Source of the DNA: Planctomycetota bacterium
GTDB taxonomy: Bacteria; Planctomycetota; MHYJ01; WSZJ01
Assembly (NCBI GenBank): GCA_038060895.1
Contig: JBBTCT010000043.1
Coordinates: 1-30,312 of the forward strand
Direction of reading: 5' to 3'
Length of the DNA stretch: 30,312 nt
Shown here: positions 22,541 through 30,312 of the stretch, piece after piece
How positions within the stretch are numbered: the first letter of the stretch is position 1
Layout of the letters: each line of letters starts with the position of its first letter
Translations under genes and position numbers: made by a program
Notes under the pieces: model-generated
Seen by the model: only the letters and a program-made list of their open reading frames with translations
Databases searched by the model: none
Told to the model about the DNA's origin: nothing

Positions 22541-24817
22541 ATCGAACAGTTCGCGCACCTCCGCTTCCTTCCCCGTCTCCTTCGCCAGCGCCTTCATCGC
22601 TTCGTCGATGCAGATCGCGCGTCCGCGCTGGCCTTCCCGGCGGGCGCCGTCCCTGCGCGCGGCGAGGATGGCCCGCCCGAACGCGGCGTCGCCATAGCGG
22701 CGCGAGCATTCGACCGCGATGCGCAGCAGCCCTCCCACGACGTTTCGCGCCGGGGGAATGATCTTCACTTCCGCCTCGAGCGCGGCGGGAGTCTCCTTTG
22801 TCTGAAGCGACGCCTCAGCCATGGCCCCGGCCGCGATCCAGCGGCGCCACTGGCCGGCGTCGTCGAACCACGAAGCGCAGGCATCGGCGAGCGCCAGCGC
22901 GAGCTGCTGCGGGTCGGCGGGCCGGTCTTCGTCCCCCTCCCCCACGAACCACACGATCTCCGGGTAGGCCCACGAGCCGGGGTGAAGCAGGAATCCGGTC
23001 TCGTCGTGCGGCAGGCGGAGAATGCGCGGCTTGCCGGGCCCCGCCGGGACAATGCCGAACCGCTTTTCCATCGCGTCGACCAGCGTGTCCGCCAGCTCCG
23101 CCACCGCCTTGAGTTTCTTCTCGTCGTCGCCGCAGGCGATGCAGCGCCGGCCCGGCACAAAAAGCGTCTGCTGAAGCATCGCCCGGTCGTCCTCGGGAAG
23201 TTGCGCCGCCAGTTTCGCCCACGCCTCGATGTCGCCGTCCTCGGCCCGCGCCCGCGCCGCTTCCGCGATCAGCTTGTTCTTCGCCGCGGGGTTCTCGCAC
23301 TCGTTCACCGCTTCCTCGATCGCCGCCAGCGACGCAGTGCGGGATTCGAGAAGCGCCTTCACGGCCTCGTCGCCGGACGCGACGCCGCGCAGGAGGCCCT
23401 TTCCCCACGCGACGTCGCGCAGGTCGAACTCGTCGGAAGAGTAGATCTGCCAGACGTCTGCGGATTTGACGAGTCGGAGCGCGACGAGTTCCGCTCCCGT
23501 GTGGCGTCCCGGCGCGTCGAGCTGGAAGACCGCCGGTCCCGGAAAGATCTGCGCGTTGGCGGGCATCGCCTTGCGATATTCCTCGGGCGGGTCCCAGAGA
23601 AGCGGTCCCTTGATCGCGGCGTACAGGATCGTCGCGCGGTCCTCGCCGACATCCCGGGCGAGTTCTTTCGTGAAGCGGCGGTGGACGCGGCCTTCGAGGA
23701 ATCCGCCGGAGTCCTCGGAGCGGATCCAGTCGAAGCCCGGGGCGTTGGGCGCGAGGACGCCCAGGAGGCGGGCCCGATCGACCCGCTCCCACGCCTTGAA
23801 GAACTTCTTCCCGACTTCGCCGACGAGGGCGGCGTCCTCGGCCGCGGGCGGCTTGCGCTCGAGATCCTTCCCCTCGGGCCCCTGCGAGAAGTGCGCCCGC
23901 ATCATCCACGCCTCGCCGGGCGGAAATTTGCGGAAGACGCTTCCGGGAAGCGCCTCTGAACATTCGGCCTTTTCATTGCGGCAGACGCCGACGGAGATCC
24001 AGTCGGCGGAGGATGAGCGGAAGTTGAAGACGACCCAGAAGCGCGCGGGGACCTGGACCGTGCCTGGGAACGGGATGGAATACCACTTCTCGTCGTCGCC
24101 GATCCATCCGCTGGGAAGCGTGAGGGTGGCGATCGGCCGGAGGTCTTCGTCGCAGACGGTGGCCTCGAACGGGCGCGTCATGCGGCCGGTGCGCGCACCG
24201 TAGATTTCGACGCCGGCGAGGACGGTCCCGGCGGGGCGGTTGAAACTGACGGCCTGCCCGGCGTCGCACTTGCGCAACCCGAGCTCTTCGCCGCCGTCGG
24301 TGCGGACGACCGCGCCGGGCGGAATCGCCGGCGCCCGGAACGACATCGGCTTTGCGGGGGCCCGGTGCGTGTCCGTGATGCGAATCATCCAGTTCGAGCC
24401 TTCGAACGGGTGATGCTGGCCGCCGTAGAAGAAAGTCGAGTGGCTTTCATCAGATTTGTCCCACGACATGGCGCCCGCTTCGCCCTCGTTGAACGTCACG
24501 ACCAGCAGCACGCCCTCCTCGGCCTGGGCCTTGAACTCGAGCTCGACCCACCCGGCCTTTTCAGGAAGAAGAGCGCCATCGAACGCCGCCTGTGCGATAG
24601 GCGTCCCGTCGCGATCGAAGCCTCCAAGGTCGAACGACTTGCAGGCGCCGCGCGCGGCGTGAATCCGCACGGCCGTGATTTCCGAAGCGTCCTCAAACCA
24701 GATGCCGCAGCCGACGTCGCCGAACGACTTCGCGCCGTCGGGCTTGTTATCGTCGTACTTGCGTTCCTCGGCGGCGGAGACGGCCGCGAGGGCGAGCGTC
24801 AGAAGAAGAGGGCGCAT
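22535..24817 (-). CDS. Exported multidomain hypothetical protein (two repeated beta-domains, NTF2-like middle, degenerate M1/gluzincin-like C-terminus), 760 aa
   Basis: Signal peptide MRPLLLTLALAAVSA; fills the gap between real genes; internal repeat visible by eye; domain calls are pattern-based inference. Confidence 0.8.
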   Translation of the reverse strand: MRPLLLTLALAAVSAAEERKYDDNKPDGAKSFGDVGCGIWFEDASEITAVRIHAARGACKSFDLGGFDRDGTPIAQAAFDGALLPEKAGWVELEFKAQAEEGVLLVVTFNEGEAGAMSWDKSDESHSTFFYGGQHHPFEGSNWMIRITDTHRAPAKPMSFRAPAIPPGAVVRTDGGEELGLRKCDAGQAVSFNRPAGTVLAGVEIYGARTGRMTRPFEATVCDEDLRPIATLTLPSGWIGDDEKWYSIPFPGTVQVPARFWVVFNFRSSSADWISVGVCRNEKAECSEALPGSVFRKFPPGEAWMMRAHFSQGPEGKDLERKPPAAEDAALVGEVGKKFFKAWERVDRARLLGVLAPNAPGFDWIRSEDSGGFLEGRVHRRFTKELARDVGEDRATILYAAIKGPLLWDPPEEYRKAMPANAQIFPGPAVFQLDAPGRHTGAELVALRLVKSADVWQIYSSDEFDLRDVAWGKGLLRGVASGDEAVKALLESRTASLAAIEEAVNECENPAAKNKLIAEAARARAEDGDIEAWAKLAAQLPEDDRAMLQQTLFVPGRRCIACGDDEKKLKAVAELADTLVDAMEKRFGIVPAGPGKPRILRLPHDETGFLLHPGSWAYPEIVWFVGEGDEDRPADPQQLALALADACASWFDDAGQWRRWIAAGAMAEASLQTKETPAALEAEVKIIPPARNVVGGLLRIAVECSRRYGDAAFGRAILAARRDGARREGQRGRAICIDEAMKALAKETGKEAEVRELFDR

Positions 24818-24900
24818 GGGGTCGCTTTAAAGGGGGGCTGCTGGTTAGACGACGGATGGGTGGGAAGGGTTCATCGGGGAATCTCAAAATGCCTTTTGGC

Positions 24901-24930
24901 TGTATTCGTGTTCATTCTCCTTCATTCGCG
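24901..24930. repeat. Degenerate 10-mer tandem tract
   Basis: TGTATTCGTG TTCATTCTCC TTCATTCGCG. Confidence 0.55.
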
Positions 24931-25059
24931 ACCAGTCTTTGTAACCGTGGTCCTGACACGAAGCACCGGCAGATACAAAAGCTGCTCCCGAATAAGAGAG
25001 AATACGGCTGCAGTTTCGGAATTATCGGCCCAGGGAACAGCTGGAACTTCCAACGCTCA

Positions 25060-25080
25060 TAGATCGGAGTCCCCGACCTC
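25060..25080 (-). terminator. Short hairpin just downstream of the kinase stop (terminator- or REP-like)
   Basis: Minus strand reads AGGTCGG-GGACT-CCGATCT (7-bp stem with one G-U pair); no U-tract. Confidence 0.3.
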
Positions 25081-25084
25081 TTGC

Positions 25085-28000
25085 CTACCTGCACTTCCCT
25101 CTCACGCCGGCCCACTCCGGCAGGCCCCTCGCCTTTTCAAATGCGGAATCGCCATCCAGCCTGGCCCCTTCGTCAAACCCCAGCGCCTGCGCCTCCTCGA
25201 TCGCCGCCAGCGCCCCCGTCAGATCCCCGGACCTGGCCCGCACCTGCGCCACGCGGTACAGCATCGCCCCATTCCGCGAAATCTTGAGGTACCGGTCCGC
25301 CGCGAGCCCGGACTCCTTCCACATCTCAAGATCCGCATAGAACTGTTGCAGGACTCGCAGCAGCCCGCGCATCCCTTCCCGGATCGCCCCCTGCGTCGCT
25401 TTGTCCTGCGTCTGCATCCCGGCCAGCGTCAGCAGCCCCACGATCTCCTCCACGACCTTCGCGGCGTCCTTGGGCTCCTTCGCCGTATCCAGCTTGCCGC
25501 GCAGCACCCCGAAGGATTTCTTCGCCTGCTCCTTCTGCGCCTTCGCCAGCGGAGTCGCCAGCACGCTCTCCTCCAGCGTGTCGATGGCACCCGCGTAGTC
25601 GCGCAGCAGGAACTTCGCCGCAGCCAGATTGCTCAGGTTCGCGTTCAGCGTCGGCAGCTCGACCTTCACGGCCTCGAAGTCCACGACCGCCTTCTGAAGC
25701 TCCCCGCGGTCCATCGCGACCAGTCCCCGCAACATCCGGTACGCCTTCGACATGCCGTAGTCCTCGGCCTGCTTTGCGAGCAGCTCGGCGCGCGCGAGGT
25801 TCCCGGCACTCTGCTCGAAGTACGTCGCAAACGGCGTCATCGCCTGGTACGCGCCCGTTCCTGTCTTGACGGCCCGAAGCGACGAAAGCGTCGCGGGCAC
25901 ATCGCCCCGCGCGAGATGCACCTCGGCCATGTACGCCGACTCCCAGTCGGGGTCGAGCACTCCCCTGTACTTCGCGATTTCCTCTTCCGCCGACTTCTCG
26001 TCACCGATCGACATCCTTGCGTCCACGATCATGCGCGCCGCCTCGCCGCGATTGACCGTGGCGTCGCCTGAAGCGAGAACGTCTTCCGCGAGCTTCGCCG
26101 CGAGCTTTTCGTCGCCGCACTGAAGCGCGACCTGGGAGGCGCGAAGAGCGATCGCGGGATTGCCCTCGACGCGCTCCGCCGCCTTCCGAGCCAGCACCAG
26201 CGCTTCCTTCCGTTTCCCGGTCGCCCGCAGCGACAGCGCGTATTCGAGCGCGAACCGAGGGTTGGATGGCTGCTGGTCGCACAGCTTTTTGCGCTCCGCC
26301 AGCCCCGCCGTGATGTCCTGCTTCCACCATTCGAGAATCTCTGCGCGCGCTTCGATCGCATCGACGAAGTACGGATTGATTGCGAGCGACGCGTCGATCT
26401 TCTCCAGCGCCTGTTCGTGCTTGCTGTCATAGAAGAGGAGCATTCCCTCGCCGTACGCGGCGCAGAACGGCACGGCGCCCGTCTCGACGACCTTCCGGAA
26501 ATCCGCGATCGCCGTTGACCTGAGTCGCGTCTCGTCCTCCGGCGTGCCCGTCCCGCCGATCCACGCGATCACATTCCCGCGAAACCCGCTCACGACGAAC
26601 CCGACTTCGTTCTGCACGGCGTTCATTGCCAGCCTCATCAGCGTCCCGCGCGAGCGGCTCAGCCGCTCCTGGCAGATCGACCCGTGCTCGAACCACGCCC
26701 GCGGGTCCTTCGCGTTGATCGCCACGGCCTGCTCGAGAACCTTCAGCGCTTCTTCTTCGCGGCCGGCCCTTCGAAGTGCCCGCCCGAGCTCGAAGCAGAC
26801 GTCCTCGCTTTCCGGCAGGGCCGCGCGGGCTTTCTGCAGCGTCTCGACGGCGCGCCGCGCGTATTCCGCCCGGTCCTTCCATCCGCCGCTGCGCCCCGCG
26901 TCGTCCGCGCGGTCCACGAGCGACTTGCCCTCGAGCAGTAGCGGCGTCGTTTCCTTCTCGCGGCGCTCGAGGTCCGCCTTCTGGTTTTCCGCCTGCCGCT
27001 CTTTCGACTTCAGCCGCCACGTGGCGCCCACGGCGATTCCACCCGCCAGCAGGAATCCCGCCGTCGCGACCCCAACGACCGCGCGGTGGCGCTTCAGCTT
27101 GATCACGAGCTTCTCGAGACGTCCCGCCGGCCGCGCGTGGATCGGCTCGCCATTGAGGAAGCGCCGGAGATCAGCCTCCAGCTCGGCCGCGGAGGCGTAG
27201 CGTTTCGGCGGCTCTTTCCGGAGGGCCTTGAGGCAGATGATCTCGAGGTCGCGGTGGATGCCTTCCTTGAGCGAGCGAAGCGACGGCGGGTCGTGTTCGA
27301 GGACCTGCCGGATGATGTCCATGCCGGTTTCGCCGATAAAGGGCGCCCGGCCCGTCAGCAGTTCGAAGAGGGTTGCCCCGAGCGAGTAGACGTCCGAGAG
27401 CGGCGTCGCGTGCGACGCGTGGCCGCCGGCCTGTTCCGGCGGCATGTACGCCGGGGTGCCGAAGGCCGAGCCGCTCTCCGTGAGCCCGGCGTTGGCCGTG
27501 AGGTCTTTGGCGAGGCCGAAGTCGCCCAGGAAAGCCTTCCCTTCACGGTCCAGCAGCACGTTGTGCGGCTTCACGTCGCGGTGCAGGACCCCCGCCTTGT
27601 GCGCGAACGCAAGCGCCCCGGCGATCTCCGCGCCGATCCGGGCCGCTTCGCGCGGCGGGAACGCGCCATCCTGCTCGACGCGCTGCTTCGCCGAAATTCC
27701 CTCGACGAAATCCATCGTGAAGTACAACCGGTCGCCGTCGCGCCCGATGTCGTGGATCTGCACGAGGTGCGGGTGGCGCCCCATTTTCGCGACAACGGCC
27801 GCTTCGCGCCGGAACCGCTCGACGTCCGCCTCCGCCGCCTGCGCGCCGGCGATCATGACCTTGAGCGCGACCTCACGCCGCAGCTCCGGGTCGAGCGCGC
27901 GATAAACCACGCCCATCCCGCCGCGGCCAAGCTCGCGCAGCACCCGGTAAGGCCCGATCTGGTCCGGCGGCTTCCGCACCCCCGACGGCGCCTTCACCGT

Positions 28001-28303
28001 CACTCCCGGATCGCTCGCCGCAATCGTCTTGTCCGACGCCGACGACGGCGCCCGCGACGGCGGCCGCGTCCCCGCCCGCGACCGGCTCGACTTCCCCTCG
28101 ATCGCATCCGACAGCGTCTGCAGCTGCACCGGCGTGATGATCCCGGAAGCGACCAGCACGCTCCCCAGGTCCGGCGCGCCCTCAGAGCGCGAAGCCTCCG
28201 CCACCGCCTTTTCGATGGAAGCGTCGTTCGCCCAGCCGCGGACGCGGACGAGTTCGGCGAGCGCGCGGTCGCGTTTGGAGAGGGATTGAGAGCTGCCGCT
28301 CAT
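25085..28303 (-). CDS. Hanks-type Ser/Thr protein kinase with TM helix and C-terminal TPR array, ~1072 aa
   Basis: GRGGMG, VALK, HRDVKPHN, DFG, GTPAYMPPE, DVYSLG; TM AVVGVATAGFLLAGGIAVGATW; TPR helices to the end. Start at ATG 28303 avoids overlap with the upstream gene. Confidence 0.95.
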   Translation of the reverse strand: MSGSSQSLSKRDRALAELVRVRGWANDASIEKAVAEASRSEGAPDLGSVLVASGIITPVQLQTLSDAIEGKSSRSRAGTRPPSRAPSSASDKTIAASDPGVTVKAPSGVRKPPDQIGPYRVLRELGRGGMGVVYRALDPELRREVALKVMIAGAQAAEADVERFRREAAVVAKMGRHPHLVQIHDIGRDGDRLYFTMDFVEGISAKQRVEQDGAFPPREAARIGAEIAGALAFAHKAGVLHRDVKPHNVLLDREGKAFLGDFGLAKDLTANAGLTESGSAFGTPAYMPPEQAGGHASHATPLSDVYSLGATLFELLTGRAPFIGETGMDIIRQVLEHDPPSLRSLKEGIHRDLEIICLKALRKEPPKRYASAAELEADLRRFLNGEPIHARPAGRLEKLVIKLKRHRAVVGVATAGFLLAGGIAVGATWRLKSKERQAENQKADLERREKETTPLLLEGKSLVDRADDAGRSGGWKDRAEYARRAVETLQKARAALPESEDVCFELGRALRRAGREEEALKVLEQAVAINAKDPRAWFEHGSICQERLSRSRGTLMRLAMNAVQNEVGFVVSGFRGNVIAWIGGTGTPEDETRLRSTAIADFRKVVETGAVPFCAAYGEGMLLFYDSKHEQALEKIDASLAINPYFVDAIEARAEILEWWKQDITAGLAERKKLCDQQPSNPRFALEYALSLRATGKRKEALVLARKAAERVEGNPAIALRASQVALQCGDEKLAAKLAEDVLASGDATVNRGEAARMIVDARMSIGDEKSAEEEIAKYRGVLDPDWESAYMAEVHLARGDVPATLSSLRAVKTGTGAYQAMTPFATYFEQSAGNLARAELLAKQAEDYGMSKAYRMLRGLVAMDRGELQKAVVDFEAVKVELPTLNANLSNLAAAKFLLRDYAGAIDTLEESVLATPLAKAQKEQAKKSFGVLRGKLDTAKEPKDAAKVVEEIVGLLTLAGMQTQDKATQGAIREGMRGLLRVLQQFYADLEMWKESGLAADRYLKISRNGAMLYRVAQVRARSGDLTGALAAIEEAQALGFDEGARLDGDSAFEKARGLPEWAGVRGKCR

Positions 28304-28340
28304 GGGGGGCGAAGTGTACCGTCTGCACTTTCTCGTAACC

Positions 28341-30312
28341 CTACTTCGAAGCGCCGCCGGCCACCTTTTCCCGCAATACCTGGAATCCCCCGTCGCTACG
28401 AACTGAGTCGAACCCCGCTTCCCCATCAAGCCACTCTTCCTCGTCAAAGCCGTTCTCCACCGCCTCCGCCAGCGCCTTCAACGCACCCTCCCGATCCCCC
28501 GCCTTCGCCCGCGCGCGCGCGTCACGAAAGAGCCAGAGCCCCGCGCGGTGGAGGTCGAGGAGCCGCTTCCCCGCTTCGATCGACTTCGCCGTCTCGCCGA
28601 TGCGGTAAGTCCACTCCTGCTCGACGGCGTACATGCGCTCGAGGGCGGCCCAGTTTCCCTGGAGGAGGTCGCGGCGAAGGGTGGGGTCGGCGCCGAGGGT
28701 GAGGGCGTTGTAGAACTGGATTTTCGACAGGACGCCCGCGGCGGTGGCGTCGGACGCATCGGTTTCGAGAGGAAGGGCGAGTTTCTCAATGACCTTCACG
28801 AAGACGGCGTCCTCGTCGCCCGCCGCGGAGGCCTGCACGGCATCCTGGGTCGCGATGCACGAGTCGCGGTACCGGCCCGCCAGCCAGTAGACCTCGGCGC
28901 GGGTCATGTAGAGGTCCATGCCGAGGGCGCGCTCATCGGTCGCGAGAAGCGGGATCGCCTCCGCCGTGCGTCCCTGGGCCGCGAGGATGACGGCGAGAAG
29001 CGTGGAGTTCCACCAGCGGGGCGGGTCCGCGATACGGCGCGCGCAGGCCTCGGCGGCCCGGAGGTTTCCGCACGCGAGTTCCGCTGCGCCGCCGTCGTTC
29101 AGGCGCGTGTGCCACAGCTCCGTCCCCTCCGCCAGCAGCCGCCACTCGAGCACCGCCTCGGCCTCGCGGCGGCAGCGCAGGAGGAGGGAGATGCGAAGCG
29201 CGCGCCGGTCCTCGCCGGTGATGACGCCGGGGCGCGCGTCGAGGAGCTGCAGGGCCTCGTCGGGTTTCGTGACGGCGAGAAGCGCGATGACGGCGACGGC
29301 CGCGTCGCGGCGTTCCGCGGGCGTTCGGGCAAGCCGCTCGGCTTCCCGGGCGTGCGGCAAGGCCGCGGCGATTTCATCGAGTCCGGCGAGCACGGTGGCG
29401 GCGAAGAGCAGGAGGCGGGCGTCGCGGTCCTCGCCGGAGAGCGCGTCCTCCACCAGCTTGCGGGCCCGCGCCTTCATTTCGGCGGATTCGCGAAACAGAT
29501 CGCGCTGCAGCAGCGTTCGACCCGTCGTCAGCGCGATGGCCGCTTCCAGTTTGGCCGCGGGACTCGCGGGCCGGACGCCCAGCAGCCTGTTTCTCCATTC
29601 GATGGCGTCCGCCAGCCGCCCGCGGTAGGTCTCGATCTCGGCGGCGGCTCGAAGCATTTCCGCGTCGTACTTGTTGCGCTCGAGGGCTTCGAGAAGGGAT
29701 TTCATCGCGCCGTCGGGGTCGTCGTCGAGGAGCTTGAGCATGGCCCGGCCGTAGGCGGCCTTTTCGGGGGCGGCTTCGGAGGCGAGGACGCGGTCGAAGT
29801 CCTTTGCAGCGACGTCGGCGAGTTCGGCGGCGCCGAGCCCGAGGCCGCCGTCGTCCAGCGCCATGGGGAGTTTGACTCGATCGTAGAGGCCGGCCTCGGA
29901 GATGCGGTGCATGGCGCGCAGCTGCCCGCTGTTGCGGAGGCGACCGAGGGCGTTGAGCGCAATGCGTCCGTGCTCGAACCAGGCGAGGGCGTGGGCGGGA
30001 TTGCGATCGGTCGCGCGACGGAATTCGAGCAGGGCTTCACGATTCCTCCCCGACAGCGCGAGGAGGCGGCCGAGCTGGTAGTAGCTTTCGCCATCGCCGG
30101 GCACAAGTTCGATCGCCTTGCGGAGCAGCTTCCCGGCATCCTCGAGCCGGCCGTCGCGACGCGCCAGCCGCCCGTGATCGTCGTCCTCGACGGCGAGATC
30201 CACGAGCGCCCGCCCTTTGTCCGACAGGTCCTTCGCCGCCGCACGGCGTTCGCCCTCGGCCTTCGCCGCCGCGACCTGTCTCATCTGCCCGCGCACTCCC
30301 CATCCCACTCCC
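28341..30312 (-). CDS. TPR-rich C-terminal part of a paralogue of the adjacent kinase (5' end outside the window)
   Basis: Frame open to the window edge; aligns by eye with the post-TM region of the neighbour (AWFEHG, DF.RV...AAYG..ML, GD..GAL.A..EA...GFDE...LDG). The kinase domain is inferred, not seen. Confidence 0.85.
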   Translation of the reverse strand, partial: GVGWGVRGQMRQVAAAKAEGERRAAAKDLSDKGRALVDLAVEDDDHGRLARRDGRLEDAGKLLRKAIELVPGDGESYYQLGRLLALSGRNREALLEFRRATDRNPAHALAWFEHGRIALNALGRLRNSGQLRAMHRISEAGLYDRVKLPMALDDGGLGLGAAELADVAAKDFDRVLASEAAPEKAAYGRAMLKLLDDDPDGAMKSLLEALERNKYDAEMLRAAAEIETYRGRLADAIEWRNRLLGVRPASPAAKLEAAIALTTGRTLLQRDLFRESAEMKARARKLVEDALSGEDRDARLLLFAATVLAGLDEIAAALPHAREAERLARTPAERRDAAVAVIALLAVTKPDEALQLLDARPGVITGEDRRALRISLLLRCRREAEAVLEWRLLAEGTELWHTRLNDGGAAELACGNLRAAEACARRIADPPRWWNSTLLAVILAAQGRTAEAIPLLATDERALGMDLYMTRAEVYWLAGRYRDSCIATQDAVQASAAGDEDAVFVKVIEKLALPLETDASDATAAGVLSKIQFYNALTLGADPTLRRDLLQGNWAALERMYAVEQEWTYRIGETAKSIEAGKRLLDLHRAGLWLFRDARARAKAGDREGALKALAEAVENGFDEEEWLDGEAGFDSVRSDGGFQVLREKVAGGASK

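Noticed and set aside
24930-25060. c-di-GMP or other known riboswitch, tRNA, or small CDS in the long spacer
   Set aside because: I could not match consensus elements or a cloverleaf by eye, and the 67-68-aa ORFs have no motifs. An Rfam search is still needed.

Overview
GC-rich bacterial chromosomal segment with about 20 protein-coding genes. It looks Planctomycetota-like, inferred from the membrane-anchored Ser/Thr kinase-TPR proteins, the WD40 protein style and the bamD-lptE pair; this was not verified by a search. Left part: an orphan ECF sigma factor converges on a minus-strand run ftsH-folP-cdaA-cdaR-glmM-pdxJ-dapA, which includes a c-di-AMP synthesis module. Upstream on the same strand lie a membrane-anchored YceI protein, a Pro-rich lipocalin-like lipoprotein, bamD and lptE. 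Middle: S9 peptidase, pseudo-receiver PP2C phosphatase, secreted WD40 protein, rlmI, lptF-lptG and a MoeB/ThiF enzyme. Right part: a 760-aa exported multidomain protein and two tandem kinase/TPR paralogues, the second cut by the window edge. I found no rRNA, tRNA, CRISPR array, transposase or defence system. The best candidates for something new are (i) the 760-aa protein with a duplicated beta-domain and an apparently inactive M1/gluzincin-like C-terminus, (ii) two translationally coupled beta-barrel proteins on proline stalks next to bamD/lptE, (iii) a per-gene 5' C-ending to 3' G-ending synonymous codon gradient, (iv) apparently leaderless transcripts, and (v) several 7-, 8- and 10-nt periodic intergenic tracts. 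All assignments come from reading motifs by eye.
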